Positions 1 to 9,405 of a stretch of DNA of 64,000 bases are shown here, in pieces. This DNA comes from Lentisphaeria bacterium (GTDB lineage: Bacteria > Verrucomicrobiota > Lentisphaeria > Victivallales > UBA1829), in NCBI GenBank assembly GCA_017646015.1, contig JAGCNI010000031.1, forward strand, positions 7,813 to 71,812. The letters run 5' to 3'. The first letter of the stretch is position 1, and every line of letters begins with the position of its first letter. The notes under the pieces are model-generated. The model ran no database searches and was not told the DNA's origin. It saw nothing but the letters and a program-made list of their open reading frames with translations. The position numbers and the translations under genes were made by a program.

Positions 1-1140
1 GCTGAAGATCATAAACTTCCCAAAAAACACGTTTTCAACGATTGGAAAGATGTGGTCAAACTCCCGAAATTCGCAGATGCAGTTGTGATTTCCACGCAAG
101 ACAGGATGCATGTTGAACCGGCAATTGCTTTCGCAGAACTCGGATATCATATCCTGATTGAAAAACCGCTCGCTCCGGATGCTGAGTCATGCCGCAAAAT
201 CGTGGAAGCAGTTCATAAAAATAATGTCCTGCTCTCGGTCTGCCATGTCTTGAGATATTCTGAATATACACAGGTCATACGCAACCTCGTATGCAATGAA
301 GCAATCGGAAAAATCCTTTCCATCCAGCATCTCGAACCTGTCGGACACTGGCGGTTCGCACACTCTTATGTTCGCGGAAATTGGAGAAAAGAAGCGGAAT
401 CCTCCTCCATTCTCCTGGCGAAATCCATTCATGACCTTGACTGGATCGCATTCATTGCAGGACAACGCTGCAAAGCAATTTCTTCATTCGGTTCTCTGAT
501 GTATTTCCGCAAAGAAAACAAGCCGCTGGGAAGCCCGGAACGTTGCGTGGATTGCAACAAGGAATGTCCTTATCACGCCCCCTCTTTCTATCTGGAAAGA
601 TTCCGGAAAAAGCAGATCGACAGCTATCTGGAATCAGTCTCAGGCGAACTTACCGAAGAAAATATCATGGAAGCACTCCGCACCGGACCTTATGGACGAT
701 GCGTTTTCAACTGTGACAACGATGTGGCAGATCATCAGGTGGTCAATATGGAATTTGAAAACGGCATGACTGCTGTTTTCACACTCGCAGGATGTTCTCA
801 ATACGGCGAACGCCGCACAACCATTTTCGGTTCAGAAGGGGAAATCCGTTGTGACGGCAACAAGATCGAAGTCTATTCCTACTTCCGCGACAGAACCACT
901 GAAATCAGGATCGAAGCCGATCAGGGTACTCTTCTCACTCATCACGGCGGAGGCGATAAAGATTGTCTTCAATCATTTGTCAATGCGATCCTCTCCGGAG
1001 ATCCGGAAAAAATCTTCACCGGGGCAGATACCTCTCTTGAAACTCATTATATGGTCTTTGCCGCTGAAATCTCCAGACATGAAAGACGGACTGTTCTGCT
1101 GGATGAACTGCGGAAACCTCATGCAAAAAAAAGAAAGTGA
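1..1140 (+). CDS. Gfo/Idh/MocA-family NAD(P)-dependent oxidoreductase, 5' end cut by window edge
   Basis: The frame of the 52..1140 ORF stays open back to nt 1 (AEDHKLPKKHVFNDWKDVVKLPKFADAVVISTQD). The motif GYHILIEKPLA is the family EKP signature. The N-terminal Rossmann fold is missing, so the true start lies upstream of the window. Confidence 0.75.
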   Translation, partial: AEDHKLPKKHVFNDWKDVVKLPKFADAVVISTQDRMHVEPAIAFAELGYHILIEKPLAPDAESCRKIVEAVHKNNVLLSVCHVLRYSEYTQVIRNLVCNEAIGKILSIQHLEPVGHWRFAHSYVRGNWRKEAESSSILLAKSIHDLDWIAFIAGQRCKAISSFGSLMYFRKENKPLGSPERCVDCNKECPYHAPSFYLERFRKKQIDSYLESVSGELTEENIMEALRTGPYGRCVFNCDNDVADHQVVNMEFENGMTAVFTLAGCSQYGERRTTIFGSEGEIRCDGNKIEVYSYFRDRTTEIRIEADQGTLLTHHGGGDKDCLQSFVNAILSGDPEKIFTGADTSLETHYMVFAAEISRHERRTVLLDELRKPHAKKRK

Positions 1141-1146
1141 TCCCCA

Positions 1147-3033
1147 ATGGCAGAACGGGTCTTGTGGACAGGCGATCATCTGAAACTGCAAATCGGACAG
1201 CAGGTCTTGTTTGATGATGCGTTTTTTTCGATTAATGACAATGAACGTGTCGCTCTGGTCGGCAGAAACGGTGCAGGAAAATCCACCCTGATGAAAATCA
1301 TTGCAGGACAGGATTCAGTTTCTTCCGGAAATATTTCTTCTGCCCGGAATCTCCGGATCGCATACATGCCGCAGGAATTCACCCTGCCCCCCGATCAAAC
1401 AGTCCGCGAAGCTGTTCGGGGCGGTGCCGCTTTCTTTGATAATATCATGGAAGAATACAGCCGTCTCCCGGCTGACTCCCATGAACATGAACATCTGGAA
1501 AATCTTTTGAATATCCACGACGCTTGGGACATGGGACACAAAATTGATGTCATCATGGAAAAACTGCGTCTGACATTCCCGGAAAAACGTTGTTCGGAAC
1601 TTTCCGGGGGAGAACTTCGCCGGGTCATGCTCGCCCGCACGATCGCTGCCGAACCGGATCTTCTACTCCTCGATGAACCCACAAACCATTTGGATGTGGA
1701 TATGATTGCATGGATCGAAAATTTCCTTGCAGCTTACAAAGGAGCATGCCTGTTTGTCACGCACGACCGTTTCTTTCTTGACCGGATCGCCACCCGCATC
1801 GTGGAACTGGATCATGGATCATTCTATTCCTATGAGGGTTCATACGCTGATTTTCTGGCAGGAAAAGAAGAACGCGAATACAATGAAGATGTCCTGGAAC
1901 AGAAACGGAAAAGTTTTCTGCGGATGGAGATCGAATGGGTACGCCGTTCCCCGAAAGCTCGATTGCGCCGGAATCTCGGCAGAATCAAACGGTATGAGGA
2001 AATCGCAGCGATCAATGCTCCGCAGCGTACCGGTGATGTGGAACTCTTGATCCCCAAAGCTACACATCTGGGGAACCGGGTGGTTGAACTCAAAAATGTA
2101 ACTCTTTCTCTCGGTGGAAAAAAATTGCTGGATCATTTTGATTTTGAATTCACTGCCGGTATGAAAATCGGGATCGTCGGCGCAAACGGAGCCGGAAAAA
2201 CAACTCTGCTCCGTCTCATCACTGGTGGTCTGCAGCCGGACAGCGGAGAAATTTTCCGGGCGGACACTGTTGAGTTCAATTATGTGGATCAGAACCGTCT
2301 GGCTCTAACAGAGGAAAATACCGTTCTGGAAGAAATCGGAGAAGGACATGAACATATCAATCTCGGCAGTGAACGGGTCACGGTATGGGGATATCTCCGC
2401 AGATTTCTTTTTGAAGATGAACGGATCAACACCAAAATCAAACGTCTCTCCGGCGGAGAACGGGCTCGTCTCACACTGGCAAAAATCCTCCGGGGCGGCG
2501 GAAACTTTCTGATTCTGGACGAACCGACCAACGACCTTGACCTCTCCACTCTCCGGGTATTGGAAGAAGCTCTGGCAAATTATACAGGTTGCCTCACAGT
2601 TGTCAGCCACGACCGCTATTTTCTGAACCGGGTCTGCACACATATTCTCGCCTTTGAACCGGAAGGATCTCTGCGGATGGAAGTCGGTGATTATGATAAC
2701 TATGCAGCCAAAAGAGCTGCCCGTCTGGAAGCAGAGGCAAACCGGATCGCCAAAGAAAATCCAGCTCCGGTCAGAAACACTCCGGCAAAACCCAAAAACC
2801 AACCCAAAAACGGTTTGACTTACAAAGAAGAACGGGAAATTGAATCTCTGGAAATCAAAATCGAAGAGATGGAAAACAGAATCGCTGAAATCGAAGCGAC
2901 TTTCTCTGATCCGGAGTTTTTCCGTACCCGCGCAGCAGATGCCGCTCCCCTGCAGAAAGAACTTGAAAAATGCAAAGCCGATCTGGATTCTTTCTGTGCA
3001 CGCTGGGAAGAACTGGAAAGTAAGCGGATCTGA
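1147..3033 (+). CDS. ABC-F family ATPase (tandem ABC cassettes, no TM domain, C-terminal coiled coil; Uup-like)
   Basis: It has two Walker A sites (GRNGAGKST, GANGAGKTT), two ABC signatures (LSGGELRR, LSGGERAR) and two Walker B sites (LLLLDEPTNHLD, FLILDEPTNDLD). The tail is Glu/Lys-rich coiled coil. Confidence 0.9.
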   Translation: MAERVLWTGDHLKLQIGQQVLFDDAFFSINDNERVALVGRNGAGKSTLMKIIAGQDSVSSGNISSARNLRIAYMPQEFTLPPDQTVREAVRGGAAFFDNIMEEYSRLPADSHEHEHLENLLNIHDAWDMGHKIDVIMEKLRLTFPEKRCSELSGGELRRVMLARTIAAEPDLLLLDEPTNHLDVDMIAWIENFLAAYKGACLFVTHDRFFLDRIATRIVELDHGSFYSYEGSYADFLAGKEEREYNEDVLEQKRKSFLRMEIEWVRRSPKARLRRNLGRIKRYEEIAAINAPQRTGDVELLIPKATHLGNRVVELKNVTLSLGGKKLLDHFDFEFTAGMKIGIVGANGAGKTTLLRLITGGLQPDSGEIFRADTVEFNYVDQNRLALTEENTVLEEIGEGHEHINLGSERVTVWGYLRRFLFEDERINTKIKRLSGGERARLTLAKILRGGGNFLILDEPTNDLDLSTLRVLEEALANYTGCLTVVSHDRYFLNRVCTHILAFEPEGSLRMEVGDYDNYAAKRAARLEAEANRIAKENPAPVRNTPAKPKNQPKNGLTYKEEREIESLEIKIEEMENRIAEIEATFSDPEFFRTRAADAAPLQKELEKCKADLDSFCARWEELESKRI

Positions 3034-3088
3034 TCCAAAAAAATTTCAAAAAAATCCGTTTTCCTCATACGCGTATACGCGTGCGCCC

Positions 3089-3116
3089 TTGTTTTCACAC
3101 AAAAACGGTGTATATT
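3089..3116 (+). promoter_or_regulatory. candidate sigma70-type promoter for gyrA (TTGTTT-N16-TATATT)
   Basis: Read directly: -35 ttgttt 3089-3094, 16-nt spacer, -10 tatatt 3111-3116. It lies about 45 nt upstream of the gyrA ATG. The same -10 hexamer recurs at other candidate promoters in the window. Confidence 0.3.
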
Positions 3117-3164
3117 ATCCATTGAAAACAAGTCTTTCAACCCCATAATTAAGGATGCTGATCC

Positions 3165-5873
3165 ATGAGTGAGGAAATGATCGAAAAACGGGATATTCCC
3201 GTCAATATTGAAGACATCATGCATACTGCGTATCTGCAGTATTCTTTGAGTGTCAACGTGGGACGTGCCATTCCGGATGTCCGGGATGGTCTCAAACCCT
3301 GTAACCGCCGTATTCTCTATGCAATGCGTCAATTGGGACTGGTCAAATCACATCCCTATATGAAAAGTGCCCGTGTCGTCGGGGAAGTGATCGGTAAATA
3401 CCACCCCCACGGGGACGCTTCTGTGTATGACACTCTGGTTCGTATGGCGCAGGACTTTTCCATGCGCATGCCGCTGGTGGATGGTCAGGGAAACTTCGGT
3501 AGTATCGACGGTGACCCCCCCGCAGCTTACCGTTATACAGAGTGCCGTTTGGAACGTTTCACAGAAGAACTTCTGCAGGATATCGAAAAAAATACAGTCA
3601 ACATGATCCCGACTTTCGACGAAGATACCAATGAGCCGGAAGTCCTCCCCGCAAAATTCCCGAACCTGCTGGTCAACGGCAGTATGGGGATCGGGGTCGG
3701 GATGGCTACCAATATCCCCCCGCACAACCTCGGGGAAGTCATTGATGCAACTGTGTATCTCCTCGAAAATCCCACATCAACTGTCCGCGAACTGATGCAG
3801 TATCTCCCCGGTCCCGACTTCCCCACAGGAGCACGGATCCACGGAATCGATCCCATCAAGAAACTCTATGAAACCGGACACGGTGTGATCAAAGTCCGCG
3901 CCAAAGCGGATATCGTGGAGAAAAATGGAAAAGAGTTGATCATCGTCAATGAAATTCCGTATGCTGTCAATAAAGAAATGCTCGTCAAGAAAATCGCTGA
4001 TCTGGTCAAAGACAAAAAGATCACCGGAATTTCCGACCTCCGTGACGAATCCAGTCTGGATACAGGGATCCGGATCGTAATTGAGATCAAACGCGGTGCC
4101 ATGGGCTCTGTGGTTCTCAATCAGCTCTTCGCACACACTCAGATGGAAAGTGTTCTCGGATGCCAGCTGCTCGTGGTCGATCACAACCGCCCGCGTACCA
4201 TGAACCTCTGTCAGGTGCTTCAGGCGTTCATCGATCACCGTTTGGAAGTCGTAACACGCAGAACACGTTTTGAACTGGCTAAAGCGGAAGCTCGCGCTCA
4301 CATCCTCGACGGTTTGCTGATCGCTGTCCGCAACATTGATGAAGTTGTTCAGATCATCCGTTCTTCCCGTACCAAAGAAGAAGCCATGAGCACTTTGATG
4401 GCACGTTTTGAATTCTCCAAGATCCAGGCAAACGCCATTCTGGAAATGAGACTTCATCAGTTGACCGGTCTGGCGATCGAAGACCTCCAGAAAGAATATG
4501 ATGAACTCCTGAAATATATCGATTACCTCAAGAGCCTTCTCGCCAGCCGCGAACTCAGACTCGGCGTCATCAAAACTGAATTGCTCGAACTCAAAAACAA
4601 ATATGCCGATAAACAAAAAACAGAAATCACCTATGACGAAGGCGATCTCAATTATGCAGACCTGATCCCGCGCCACTCCTGCGTGATCACGGTTTCCAAT
4701 ACCGGTTATATCAAACGGGTTCCCGCAGATACTTACCGCACTCAGCACAGAGGCGGTGTCGGAATCATCGGCATGGAAACAAAAGAAGAAGACCATGTGG
4801 AACATCTCTTCAATGCAGACAGTCATGACCTGATTTTCTTCTTCACCGACCGCGGTTACATGTACTGGATGAATGTTTATGACATCCCCGAAGGTGCACG
4901 TACCGGCAGAGGTAAAGCCGTTATCAACCTGATCAAAGTCGAACAGGGCGAACGCATCAAAGCGATGCTCACCCTGCAGAAAGAGATGTTCGACAAGGAA
5001 GATTACTGCATCATCATGGCAACACGCAAAGGTGTGATCAAGAAAACACGCCTCTCCGACTTCCGTCATCTGGCAAACCGTGGACTCCGCGCCATTGTCA
5101 TTGACGAAGGCGATGACCTGATCGGTGCAGCAATCACCGACGGTAAGAGTGAAATCATTCTCTCCACCGCAAAAGGTATGGCATGCCGCTTCGTTGAACA
5201 GGACGTCCGCACAATGGGTCGCGCCACACGCGGCGTGACAGGAATCCGTTTCAAACTCGAAGATGACTTCATCGTCAGTATGGAAGTTGTTCCGGGTTCC
5301 ACAGATGTCACCGGCATCATTCCGGAAAATGAAGATGCCGAGATCCCGGAAGTTCCGGAAGAAAACGATGATAACATGGCCGAATCTGAAAATGATGCGG
5401 ATGATGTCGAAATCATCGACGATGGACGTCCTCAACTGTTGGTCGTGACCAGCGGCGGTATGGGGAAACGCAGCTATGTCGAAGGATACCGTCTGACACG
5501 CCGCGGAGCAAAGGGCGTGAAGAACGTCAATCTCCGCCCGGGTGAAGAAGTCATTGCAGCTCTCCGTGTCCGCCACGGAGATGAACTGATCCTGACCACT
5601 GAACGTGGCATGATCTCCCGGATGCATGTGGATGAAATCCGTCTTGTCGGCCGTAACTCCAAGGGTGTCAAAATCATGGATCTGCGGAAAAATGACAGAA
5701 TCACAGGTGCATCCGTCGTTCTCGAAGTGGAAGCTCCGGAAGTTCCGCAGGCGGAAGATGAAACTCAAGTTTCTGTTGCAGCAGAAACAACCGTTGATGT
5801 TGTGACCGGAGAAAATCAGACTGTTGAAACAGAAGCAGTCAGCGAAGATAATGCACCTGAAACACAGGAATAA
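3165..5873 (+). CDS. gyrA: DNA gyrase subunit A
   Basis: Signatures present: [20 protein letters not shown], the QRDR motif [12 protein letters not shown], and the catalytic-Tyr region [10 protein letters not shown]. The C-terminal part has beta-pinwheel repeats. The protein is 902 aa with an acidic insertion and an acidic tail. Confidence 0.97.
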   Translation: MSEEMIEKRDIPVNIEDIMHTAYLQYSLSVNVGRAIPDVRDGLKPCNRRILYAMRQLGLVKSHPYMKSARVVGEVIGKYHPHGDASVYDTLVRMAQDFSMRMPLVDGQGNFGSIDGDPPAAYRYTECRLERFTEELLQDIEKNTVNMIPTFDEDTNEPEVLPAKFPNLLVNGSMGIGVGMATNIPPHNLGEVIDATVYLLENPTSTVRELMQYLPGPDFPTGARIHGIDPIKKLYETGHGVIKVRAKADIVEKNGKELIIVNEIPYAVNKEMLVKKIADLVKDKKITGISDLRDESSLDTGIRIVIEIKRGAMGSVVLNQLFAHTQMESVLGCQLLVVDHNRPRTMNLCQVLQAFIDHRLEVVTRRTRFELAKAEARAHILDGLLIAVRNIDEVVQIIRSSRTKEEAMSTLMARFEFSKIQANAILEMRLHQLTGLAIEDLQKEYDELLKYIDYLKSLLASRELRLGVIKTELLELKNKYADKQKTEITYDEGDLNYADLIPRHSCVITVSNTGYIKRVPADTYRTQHRGGVGIIGMETKEEDHVEHLFNADSHDLIFFFTDRGYMYWMNVYDIPEGARTGRGKAVINLIKVEQGERIKAMLTLQKEMFDKEDYCIIMATRKGVIKKTRLSDFRHLANRGLRAIVIDEGDDLIGAAITDGKSEIILSTAKGMACRFVEQDVRTMGRATRGVTGIRFKLEDDFIVSMEVVPGSTDVTGIIPENEDAEIPEVPEENDDNMAESENDADDVEIIDDGRPQLLVVTSGGMGKRSYVEGYRLTRRGAKGVKNVNLRPGEEVIAALRVRHGDELILTTERGMISRMHVDEIRLVGRNSKGVKIMDLRKNDRITGASVVLEVEAPEVPQAEDETQVSVAAETTVDVVTGENQTVETEAVSEDNAPETQE

Positions 5874-6702
5874 TCATGATGCCGTCACGATCCCGGAAAT
5901 CTTCGGGATCGTGAATCTGACCCCGGATTCATTCAGTGACGGCAATAAATATCCGGATGTGCAAACAGCAGTTGCCGATGCACTCCGGATGTTTGAACAG
6001 GGTGCAGCAGGTGTGGACATCGGTGCAGAATCAACTCGTCCGGGTGCCGGAGAAATCCCTGCCGCAATTCAAATCCAAAGATTGATCCCCGTGATCAATG
6101 GAATTCTGGAACAATATCAGGATGCCATGATCAGTGTGGATACCCGCAGTGCAGAAGTGGCAGAAGCTGCTCTCAAAGCAGGGGCGGCAATCATCAATGA
6201 TGTCAGTGGTCTGACCTATGATCCGGATATGAGAAAAGTCGTTGCTGAATATCATGCACCCACAGTTATCATGCACATGCGCGGCACACCGGAAACCATG
6301 CGGAAAATCCCCGAATTGATGCAATATGACAATCTGATCGATGATGTGGCGGAAGAACTGCTCCATCTCGCAGAAAAAGCAATCAGCAATGGAATCAGCC
6401 GTGATTCGATCCTGCTGGATCCCGGTCTCGGATTCGCCAAGACCCCGGAACAGGATATGGAATTGATCCGGAAAGCCGGGGAATTACGCCAAAAAACAGG
6501 CTTTCCGCTCTTCTATGGTCCCTCCCGGAAATCTTTCATGCAGAAATATATCTCTCATCCGCTCCCTCCGACAGAAAGAGATCATGCCACAGCAGGGATC
6601 CTTTGTGCATTGTGCAATGCGGGCGTTGAATATGTCAGAGTACACAATGTAAAAATGGCACAGGAATGCATGACTCTTTTTCATGCGGCGCAAAGCCGGT
6701 AA
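5851..6702 (+). CDS. folP: dihydropteroate synthase
   Basis: Pterin-binding motifs present: [47 protein letters not shown]. The ORF track starts at TTG 5824. I prefer the in-frame ATG at 5851, which overlaps the gyrA tail by 23 nt. The start is uncertain. Confidence 0.9.
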   Translation: MHLKHRNNHDAVTIPEIFGIVNLTPDSFSDGNKYPDVQTAVADALRMFEQGAAGVDIGAESTRPGAGEIPAAIQIQRLIPVINGILEQYQDAMISVDTRSAEVAEAALKAGAAIINDVSGLTYDPDMRKVVAEYHAPTVIMHMRGTPETMRKIPELMQYDNLIDDVAEELLHLAEKAISNGISRDSILLDPGLGFAKTPEQDMELIRKAGELRQKTGFPLFYGPSRKSFMQKYISHPLPPTERDHATAGILCALCNAGVEYVRVHNVKMAQECMTLFHAAQSR

Positions 6703-6705
6703 AAC

Positions 6706-7518
6706 TCACTTGGCAGAACCGTATGGATAAGGCAGGAAGGCAACACCTTCCGGAGAGGAAGATCCGTTGAGACATGCCCCGATCGTATGGATATAACGGA
6801 AACTGTCCGCACTGACAGCCGCTGTAAAAAGCAATGCGGCAGCATAACGCAACAGCATGGGAACAGACCACAATTCAAAAGTATAACGTGTCCCGTCATT
6901 CGGCATATAATCCCAATCATTGGCAGGGACCAACACGTTTTCATAATCGTCGATCAGAATAAAATCAGTTTCCGCCGACTGAGTGATCCGCAAACGGATC
7001 CCGCATTTTGCAGCCAGCAGAACAGCGATACAACAAAGCATGAAATCAGAACCGGCAGAATTATCCAGAACCGTTCCGAGACAGAGATGTTCCGGATCAA
7101 AATCATCCCGGTTCACTGCTTTCAATCCTGTTTTCTGCATAAAAAATGCCAGTGATTCCAATGTAGAAGGCTGAAATTTTTCTGCTTTGATCACCAATTT
7201 TCCCCACTGTTTCCGCAGGGATTCAGGAGAATCATTATCAAACCAGAGCAGATGAAGTTGTATCAAGCCCTCCAGCAAATCCAGAGAACAGGAAGAAAGA
7301 TTGTCAGAAAAAGATTTCCGGCGGCGTCTGAGCAGGATCGTGGACTGCAGCTGATGAATACGGCGACGCAATCTCAAATTGGAACTTTCCTGCAATTTCC
7401 GCAAAACAGGCTCCAATTTGGATTCATCACGCTTGAGCAGTTCCGCCATGGCAAGACAAGCAGACTGCTCATTCTCGTCATCCAGAAGGCTCAGCAAATT
7501 TCTGTATTCACTGTCCAT
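6706..7518 (-). CDS. hypothetical protein with SirB1/UPF0162-type transglutaminase-like core
   Basis: The segment FFMQKTGLKAVNRDDFDPEHLCLGTVLDNSAGSDFMLCCIAVLLAAKCGIRLRI...FILIDDYENVLVPANDW follows the pattern I recall for the E. coli SirB1 (YchA) N-domain. The N-terminal ~100 aa are helical. The start lies 7 nt after the exonuclease stop, so the two are likely in one operon. Confidence 0.5.
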   Translation of the reverse strand: MDSEYRNLLSLLDDENEQSACLAMAELLKRDESKLEPVLRKLQESSNLRLRRRIHQLQSTILLRRRRKSFSDNLSSCSLDLLEGLIQLHLLWFDNDSPESLRKQWGKLVIKAEKFQPSTLESLAFFMQKTGLKAVNRDDFDPEHLCLGTVLDNSAGSDFMLCCIAVLLAAKCGIRLRITQSAETDFILIDDYENVLVPANDWDYMPNDGTRYTFELWSVPMLLRYAAALLFTAAVSADSFRYIHTIGACLNGSSSPEGVAFLPYPYGSAK

Positions 7519-7525
7519 TTCTGCC

Positions 7526-8353
7526 TCAACTTTCCTTTACAGGGAATTCGCCTTTCAACGCATTGGAAGCGATTTTTTTGACTTCTTCGCTGAAATCAGA
7601 CCGCAGGACCCAACGGAGGAAATCCGGATTTTCCACAGCCACAGTACGGAGCGGAGTTCCGGCATTACGCCCGAAAGCCACAACAGCCTCGCCGTTTTTC
7701 CAACGGAAACGCCCCTCCGGATCAATGGCGGTCATCTGGTTCTGCTGACAGAACTGATGCAATTCATCCAATGTTTCCGGGAATTTTTCCACATCCTCCG
7801 GCAACATCTCTTTTGTAAAAGAGGAATACATCTGCATTTGACCTTCAAAAATCTCAAAGGTTGCAAGAGTATCGGCTTCGGCACTGTGTGCATCCTGCAT
7901 GTTTTTGCCGCAAAAGAATTTATAAGCGGCGGAAAGATTCCGCGGCTGCATTCTGCAAAAAATAGTATAGGCATCAACAATACGCCGGTTTGCAGTGGAA
8001 AAAACCAATCCTGCACGGGAAAATTCACGGGTCAGAACAGGAATATCAAACTTTGCAATATTATAGCCGCCAAGATCACAATCTTCAAAAAAGATAAAAA
8101 GATTTTTGGAGATCTGACGGAATGTCGGTTCATTTTCAACATCCTTGTCATAAATTCCATGAACTGCACTCGCCTCTTCCGGAATGTGCATTTCAGGATT
8201 CAAACGACGGGTACGAACCTGCCGGGTCCCATCCGGATGAACTTTCAGGACAGAAATCTCCACGATACGATCCGTCAACGGATTCACTCCGGTCGTTTCC
8301 AAGTCAAAAAATATGATAGGACGATCTGTAATCAAATTATTCTGCATAATCAC
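7526..8353 (-). CDS. DEDDh 3'-5' exonuclease (DnaQ/epsilon-like) with C-terminal DUF3820-like extension
   Basis: Exo I motif IIFFDLETTG, Exo II GYNIAKFDIPVL, Exo III HSAEADTLAT. The C-terminal ~100 aa (FGRNAGTPLRTVAVENPDFLRWVL) resemble the KapD/DUF3820-type tail. Confidence 0.85.
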   Translation of the reverse strand: MIMQNNLITDRPIIFFDLETTGVNPLTDRIVEISVLKVHPDGTRQVRTRRLNPEMHIPEEASAVHGIYDKDVENEPTFRQISKNLFIFFEDCDLGGYNIAKFDIPVLTREFSRAGLVFSTANRRIVDAYTIFCRMQPRNLSAAYKFFCGKNMQDAHSAEADTLATFEIFEGQMQMYSSFTKEMLPEDVEKFPETLDELHQFCQQNQMTAIDPEGRFRWKNGEAVVAFGRNAGTPLRTVAVENPDFLRWVLRSDFSEEVKKIASNALKGEFPVKES

Positions 8354-8817
8354 AAATCATGTTTCTTTTCAAGAAGTTCCATAGTTTTGATCAAGGGGAT
8401 CTCTTCCCGCTTGAATACAAATTGTTTATCCTGCCAGGTGGAAATAAGAACACCGTAGCGTTTGAGCAAATCATTGATCTCCAGCATATCCTGAAGAGAA
8501 AGTATATCCTGATACTGACGGATATAGCTGGCATACAAATCCAACATATTGTTTACCAGCGCAACTTCATTTTTATTGGTTGCATTCTGAACGGGAACAT
8601 ATTTCAGCAATCCCCGCTGATAATCCACCAGTTTGACCATCTCCTCTTTGACCACATGTTTCTGCAACACCCCTTCACGGCGCAACTGAAACGGGATCCC
8701 GAAGACCAGATAAAATTCAAAAATGATGATCAGAACATAGAAACCGATTGCAAAATAAGTGACAAAATCACTTTTCCGTTTGCAGGAATACCGTTCTTTA
8801 ATCTCTTTTGCAATCAT
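8350..8817 (-). CDS. hypothetical bitopic membrane protein
   Basis: It has a single hydrophobic helix (FVTYFAIGFYVLIIIFEFYLVFGIPF). A GAGG-type SD precedes the ATG. Its 3' end overlaps the exonuclease start by 4 nt. I recognise no family. Confidence 0.6.
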   Translation of the reverse strand: MIAKEIKERYSCKRKSDFVTYFAIGFYVLIIIFEFYLVFGIPFQLRREGVLQKHVVKEEMVKLVDYQRGLLKYVPVQNATNKNEVALVNNMLDLYASYIRQYQDILSLQDMLEINDLLKRYGVLISTWQDKQFVFKREEIPLIKTMELLEKKHDL

Positions 8818-8845
8818 TTCCGTACCTCTGATTTATTCTGTTGAC

Positions 8846-8881
8846 AATAAAAGGGAGCCTTCCTCTTCGCAGAAGACTCCC
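8846..8881 (-). terminator. rho-independent terminator after the lipoprotein gene
   Basis: The minus strand reads gggagtcttc-tgcgaagag-gaaggctccc, a 10-bp stem with one G.U pair, followed by ttttatt. Confidence 0.6.
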
Positions 8882-8905
8882 CTGAATCAAGACCTTTGGA
8901 TTGTC

Positions 8906-9304
8906 TCAGCGAATGGCGTTTCCGCTGACCTGGACTTCATTGTACCAGAGCACAAAGAAAATCGGCAGCCAAATGCTGTTGCGACGGGAAGTAATATCTG
9001 TCACAGCAGTTGCTTCCAGATCAACATTGGCTTTCTTGGTCAACATGGAAACAGCGTTGTCAAGCTGAACAGTATCGGTGAAGATTGCACAACGACCCGG
9101 CTGTTTGCTGCTGCCGGTGAAAAGCGGCAGATTGAAAAGATAAATTCCCCAGATGTCAGCATTGAGATGTGCCAGACTGGTAGCAGATTCAGAGCTGGTG
9201 ATCTTTTCATTATTCAGTGTGGTTGCAACCTGAATGGAAGAACAGGCGGTGAACACTACGGCGGAAGCCAGTACGGCTGCTGCGATCAACATTTTCTTGA
9301 ACAT
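8906..9304 (-). CDS. hypothetical lipoprotein
   Basis: Signal peptide with a lipobox (MFKKMLIAAAVLASAVVFTAC|SS). A strong SD (aaggag) precedes the start, and the gene has its own terminator. Confidence 0.7.
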   Translation of the reverse strand: MFKKMLIAAAVLASAVVFTACSSIQVATTLNNEKITSSESATSLAHLNADIWGIYLFNLPLFTGSSKQPGRCAIFTDTVQLDNAVSMLTKKANVDLEATAVTDITSRRNSIWLPIFFVLWYNEVQVSGNAIR

Positions 9305-9405
9305 TTTTTTATCTCCTTTTAAAACTTTGTTGTTTGATCTTCTTTCTGACTTACTTTACTGCTGACAACGCAATAATGCAAGAACGTTTTTCAAAAAAAC
9401 GTTTA

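Noticed and set aside
3777-5768. 663-aa ORF antisense to gyrA, plus smaller antisense ORFs at 3348..3725 and 3533..3859.
   Set aside because: It lies entirely inside the strongly supported gyrA CDS, in the codon-aligned antisense frame. The translation is low-complexity (F/D/I/H-rich) with no recognisable domain and no SD. It is explained by TTA/CTA/TCA codon avoidance.
5824-5850. The TTG start given by the track for folP. Similar non-ATG upstream starts are given for proS (16414), uvrC (21801), rplD (42001), rpsL (46137), yjbQ (60269) and the first pilus-operon gene (21972).
   Set aside because: In each case an in-frame ATG just downstream has a better-placed Shine-Dalgarno sequence. That ATG also gives an N-terminus matching the conserved family start or signal peptide.
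7379-8458. 359-aa plus-strand ORF opposite the exonuclease gene. Similar cases are the 373-aa ORF 39882..41003 opposite rpsS/rplB and the 312-aa ORF 60299..61237 opposite yjbQ/IMPase.
   Set aside because: All are antisense to genes with clear catalytic or ribosomal signatures, and none has a motif of its own.
9383-9403. AT-only palindrome aacgttttt-caa-aaaaacgtt, considered as the purD terminator.
   Set aside because: The stem is nearly all A-T with one CG step, and no distinct U-run follows on the minus strand. It is too weak to call.
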